Shown: piece after piece, positions 61,681-64,000 of the stretch
Numbering within the stretch: position 1 is the first letter of the stretch
How the letters are laid out: every line of letters begins with the position of its first letter
Source of the DNA: the human T2T-CHM13v2.0 reference genome, Homo sapiens
Assembly: GCF_009914755.1 (NCBI RefSeq)
Contig: NC_060947.1
DNA: 64,000 nucleotides
Reading direction: 5' to 3' (one strand)
Made by a program: the position numbers and the translations under genes
Notes under the pieces: model-generated
Database searches by the model: none
What the model saw: the letters and a program-made list of their open reading frames with translations, nothing else
Told to the model about the DNA's origin: nothing

Positions 61681-63804
61681 AAGGAACACAACACAGAACA
61701 AGAGAGTATGGGGAAATGGAGAAGGGTGAGGCTATATTGAGTCAGGGGGAGTGCATTAAATCTGAGTCCAGAAGGGTAAAGAGGATTTAGAGCTCTGAAG
61801 ATGGGTGTGTGGAAAAGGAATGGTGGTGGCCGGACAGGGAGAGACTTCGGATGAAAGGAGCAATAGCAGCAAAAGCACATGATAGGGAGAGGTGGGATTT
61901 GGTTATTTGGGCAGGAAAGTAGAGGTTATGAAAGTAAGCAGGCAGAAATAGGGTCAGAAAGGAAGTATAATCAATAGATATATGAATGAAATATTGAGAG
62001 TTTAAATAATAAAACTATAATAATTAAAATAGGAATGATTGTTATCATAGCTCAAGTGTAGTATGATTCTCTCTTATTACTTTTTATTATTGTTTGTTGT
62101 CATATTTTGAAAGCTTCAGTGTTTGTGGTTTCATTCAGAAATGTACAAGTTTCTTCTGGAGAGGAGTGAAATTGAGGCACGATATATTTTATTATAATAT
62201 AAAACCATTTTTAATGATAATCAGAACTTAAGTATAATTGAAAACCCAGGGAAGTATGGCTAATGATGAATACAAGGTTGTTATACTTGTTTGAAATAAC
62301 TGTTTCTGATTTTACCTCATGAAATCACCTCTTTGCTCTAAAGTCTCAAAGGTTAAAAAAGTCTTAAATGCTTTCTAGCCCATCTTTGTGACTAGGTTCT
62401 CAAATTTGCATGGGCATCATCTTCCCTTTTTTAGACTCTCTAGAGAAAAGATACTATTTGACAAATCTTAACAAGTTAGTGGGTTTTTTTTAATGTAACC
62501 TAAATACCTCTTTCTACACTTTAAATTAAATTTCTTTCCCTCACTCTTTCAGGAAGATGGAGGGTCATGATTTTACAACTGTCAATAGTGTTTTCTATGC
62601 ACATGTTGCCCCGGTATTTGTTACCCAACATACCATCAAACAACCTCCCAGTTTTAAATAGCCTCTTAATTCAAGAGACTCACAGAGAGAATCAATATGA
62701 CTTTCTGTTTTCATCTCTACTTGCTTCTTCTAAAAATGTACAGAGAAGTATAAACTTTGTATAGATTCCCGTCACAGCATGTGGAGTTTAATACCCACCC
62801 ACCACCCTACCCAAAAAGGTGAATAGCCATACAAGGAAATGGAATAAGCCACTCAGCACCACTCTATGAGCAGTTTAAAATGACAGCTTTGCACAGCATA
62901 TGTGAGCTCAGAATAACGACCCCTGGTAAATTCATGCAATATGCTTTGTACACTAATAAAATTCATCATGATCTCTTGGAATGCAACAATTATTCATGCT
63001 CTTCTCATTTTATTTTTTTGGGGGAGCAGGCAAATGGAAATAGTTCTACAGAGCAGCATGTTGAGATAAAGGTAAGTGGGATGTGATTTTTCTCAGGTGT
63101 GCCGTTCAGAGAGAGATAGCAGCCTGAATATGAAGGTAGGCAACAGTATTGCTTTTTCCTGTCAAAGCACTGGAATTAAGTGAAATGGATTTGAAATAGA
63201 AGAACATATTGTACTGTACTTCTTATGGAAGAAAACATATCCCTATAACACTTTGTACAAGCTAACATTAGATATGGTAATTAAATTCAGTGGTTGTTCC
63301 AAAATTAATAGATGCTTTACTTCAAAGTACTTTGCTAGCAGAAGAAAATCAGAAGAAAGCAAAATGAAAGCAAAATGAGTATCGTCTTTTTCATTTCACT
63401 GGTCTGTAGGAAAGTATTCTGCAGCTAACTCTTCACAAAGACCCAATACACAGTCTCATGAGGTGGTCCCCTTTCCTTCTGATGTACGCACTTCCCAAGT
63501 AAAGCAATATCCTTTGGCCACCAGCTAAGCTCTGTCTAGGATTTTGAGAGGATATAGCACCAAGCACATTACTTTTCAACACAATTTAGATCTGAATTCG
63601 AAACTCTCAGTTCATGTCAATAAAGGTGATGTTCAATAGCTTATGTTGATTAGGGACTGATTTTCTTTGCAAAGAAAAATACTGTGTTTAGGTCAAATCA
63701 ACTTACATTTTTGCTTGCTTATGAAAAGCACCAAAATTGAACAGTATGTTTTACTGGTTTGAGTAAGTTTGCTTTTCCTAGATATTGTTTTTTTTGGTGA
63801 GGAT

Positions 63805-64000
63805 ATTCTCTATAACTAATAATGGGATAATACAATATCATGTACCTCTTGATGGGTTGAACTGAGAAGGGCACACCATGACTTTTGTGGTATTCCTGCC
63901 AAAAATGCATAATCTGAATATAACTATTAGAAAACATCAGACAAGCCCAAATGGAGGATCATTCAATTATTCTTCAGAAATATCTGTTGTCATAAAAAGA
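63805..64000 (+). mobile_element. L1MC-like 3' region, running off the window
   Basis: gtggtattcctgccaaaaatgcataatctgaat...gaaaacatcagacaagcccaaat. Confidence 0.7.

Overview
Primate nuclear DNA, most likely human or great ape because an L1PA2-type insertion is present. It is AT-rich and dominated by interspersed repeats: LINE-1 of many ages, Alu, ERV1/ERVL/MaLR LTRs, DNA transposon fossils, L2 and MIR. I recognise no host protein-coding gene, RNA gene or prokaryotic system. All long ORFs in the track are disrupted LINE-1 ORF1/ORF2, Alu or simple-repeat read-throughs. The real points of interest are structural: (1) a 159-bp copy of local unique DNA inside the target-site duplication (TSD) of an AluY; (2) an L1PA4-like element with about 300 bp of ORF2 replaced by an inverted copy of its RT region; (3) a fold-back 5' junction of a short L1; (4) a roughly five-level nest of L1s at 13.6-29.1 kb; and (5) several speculative exon-like segments. 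Subfamily names come from my recall of consensus sequences, and boundaries of old repeats are approximate. Both need RepeatMasker/Dfam confirmation.
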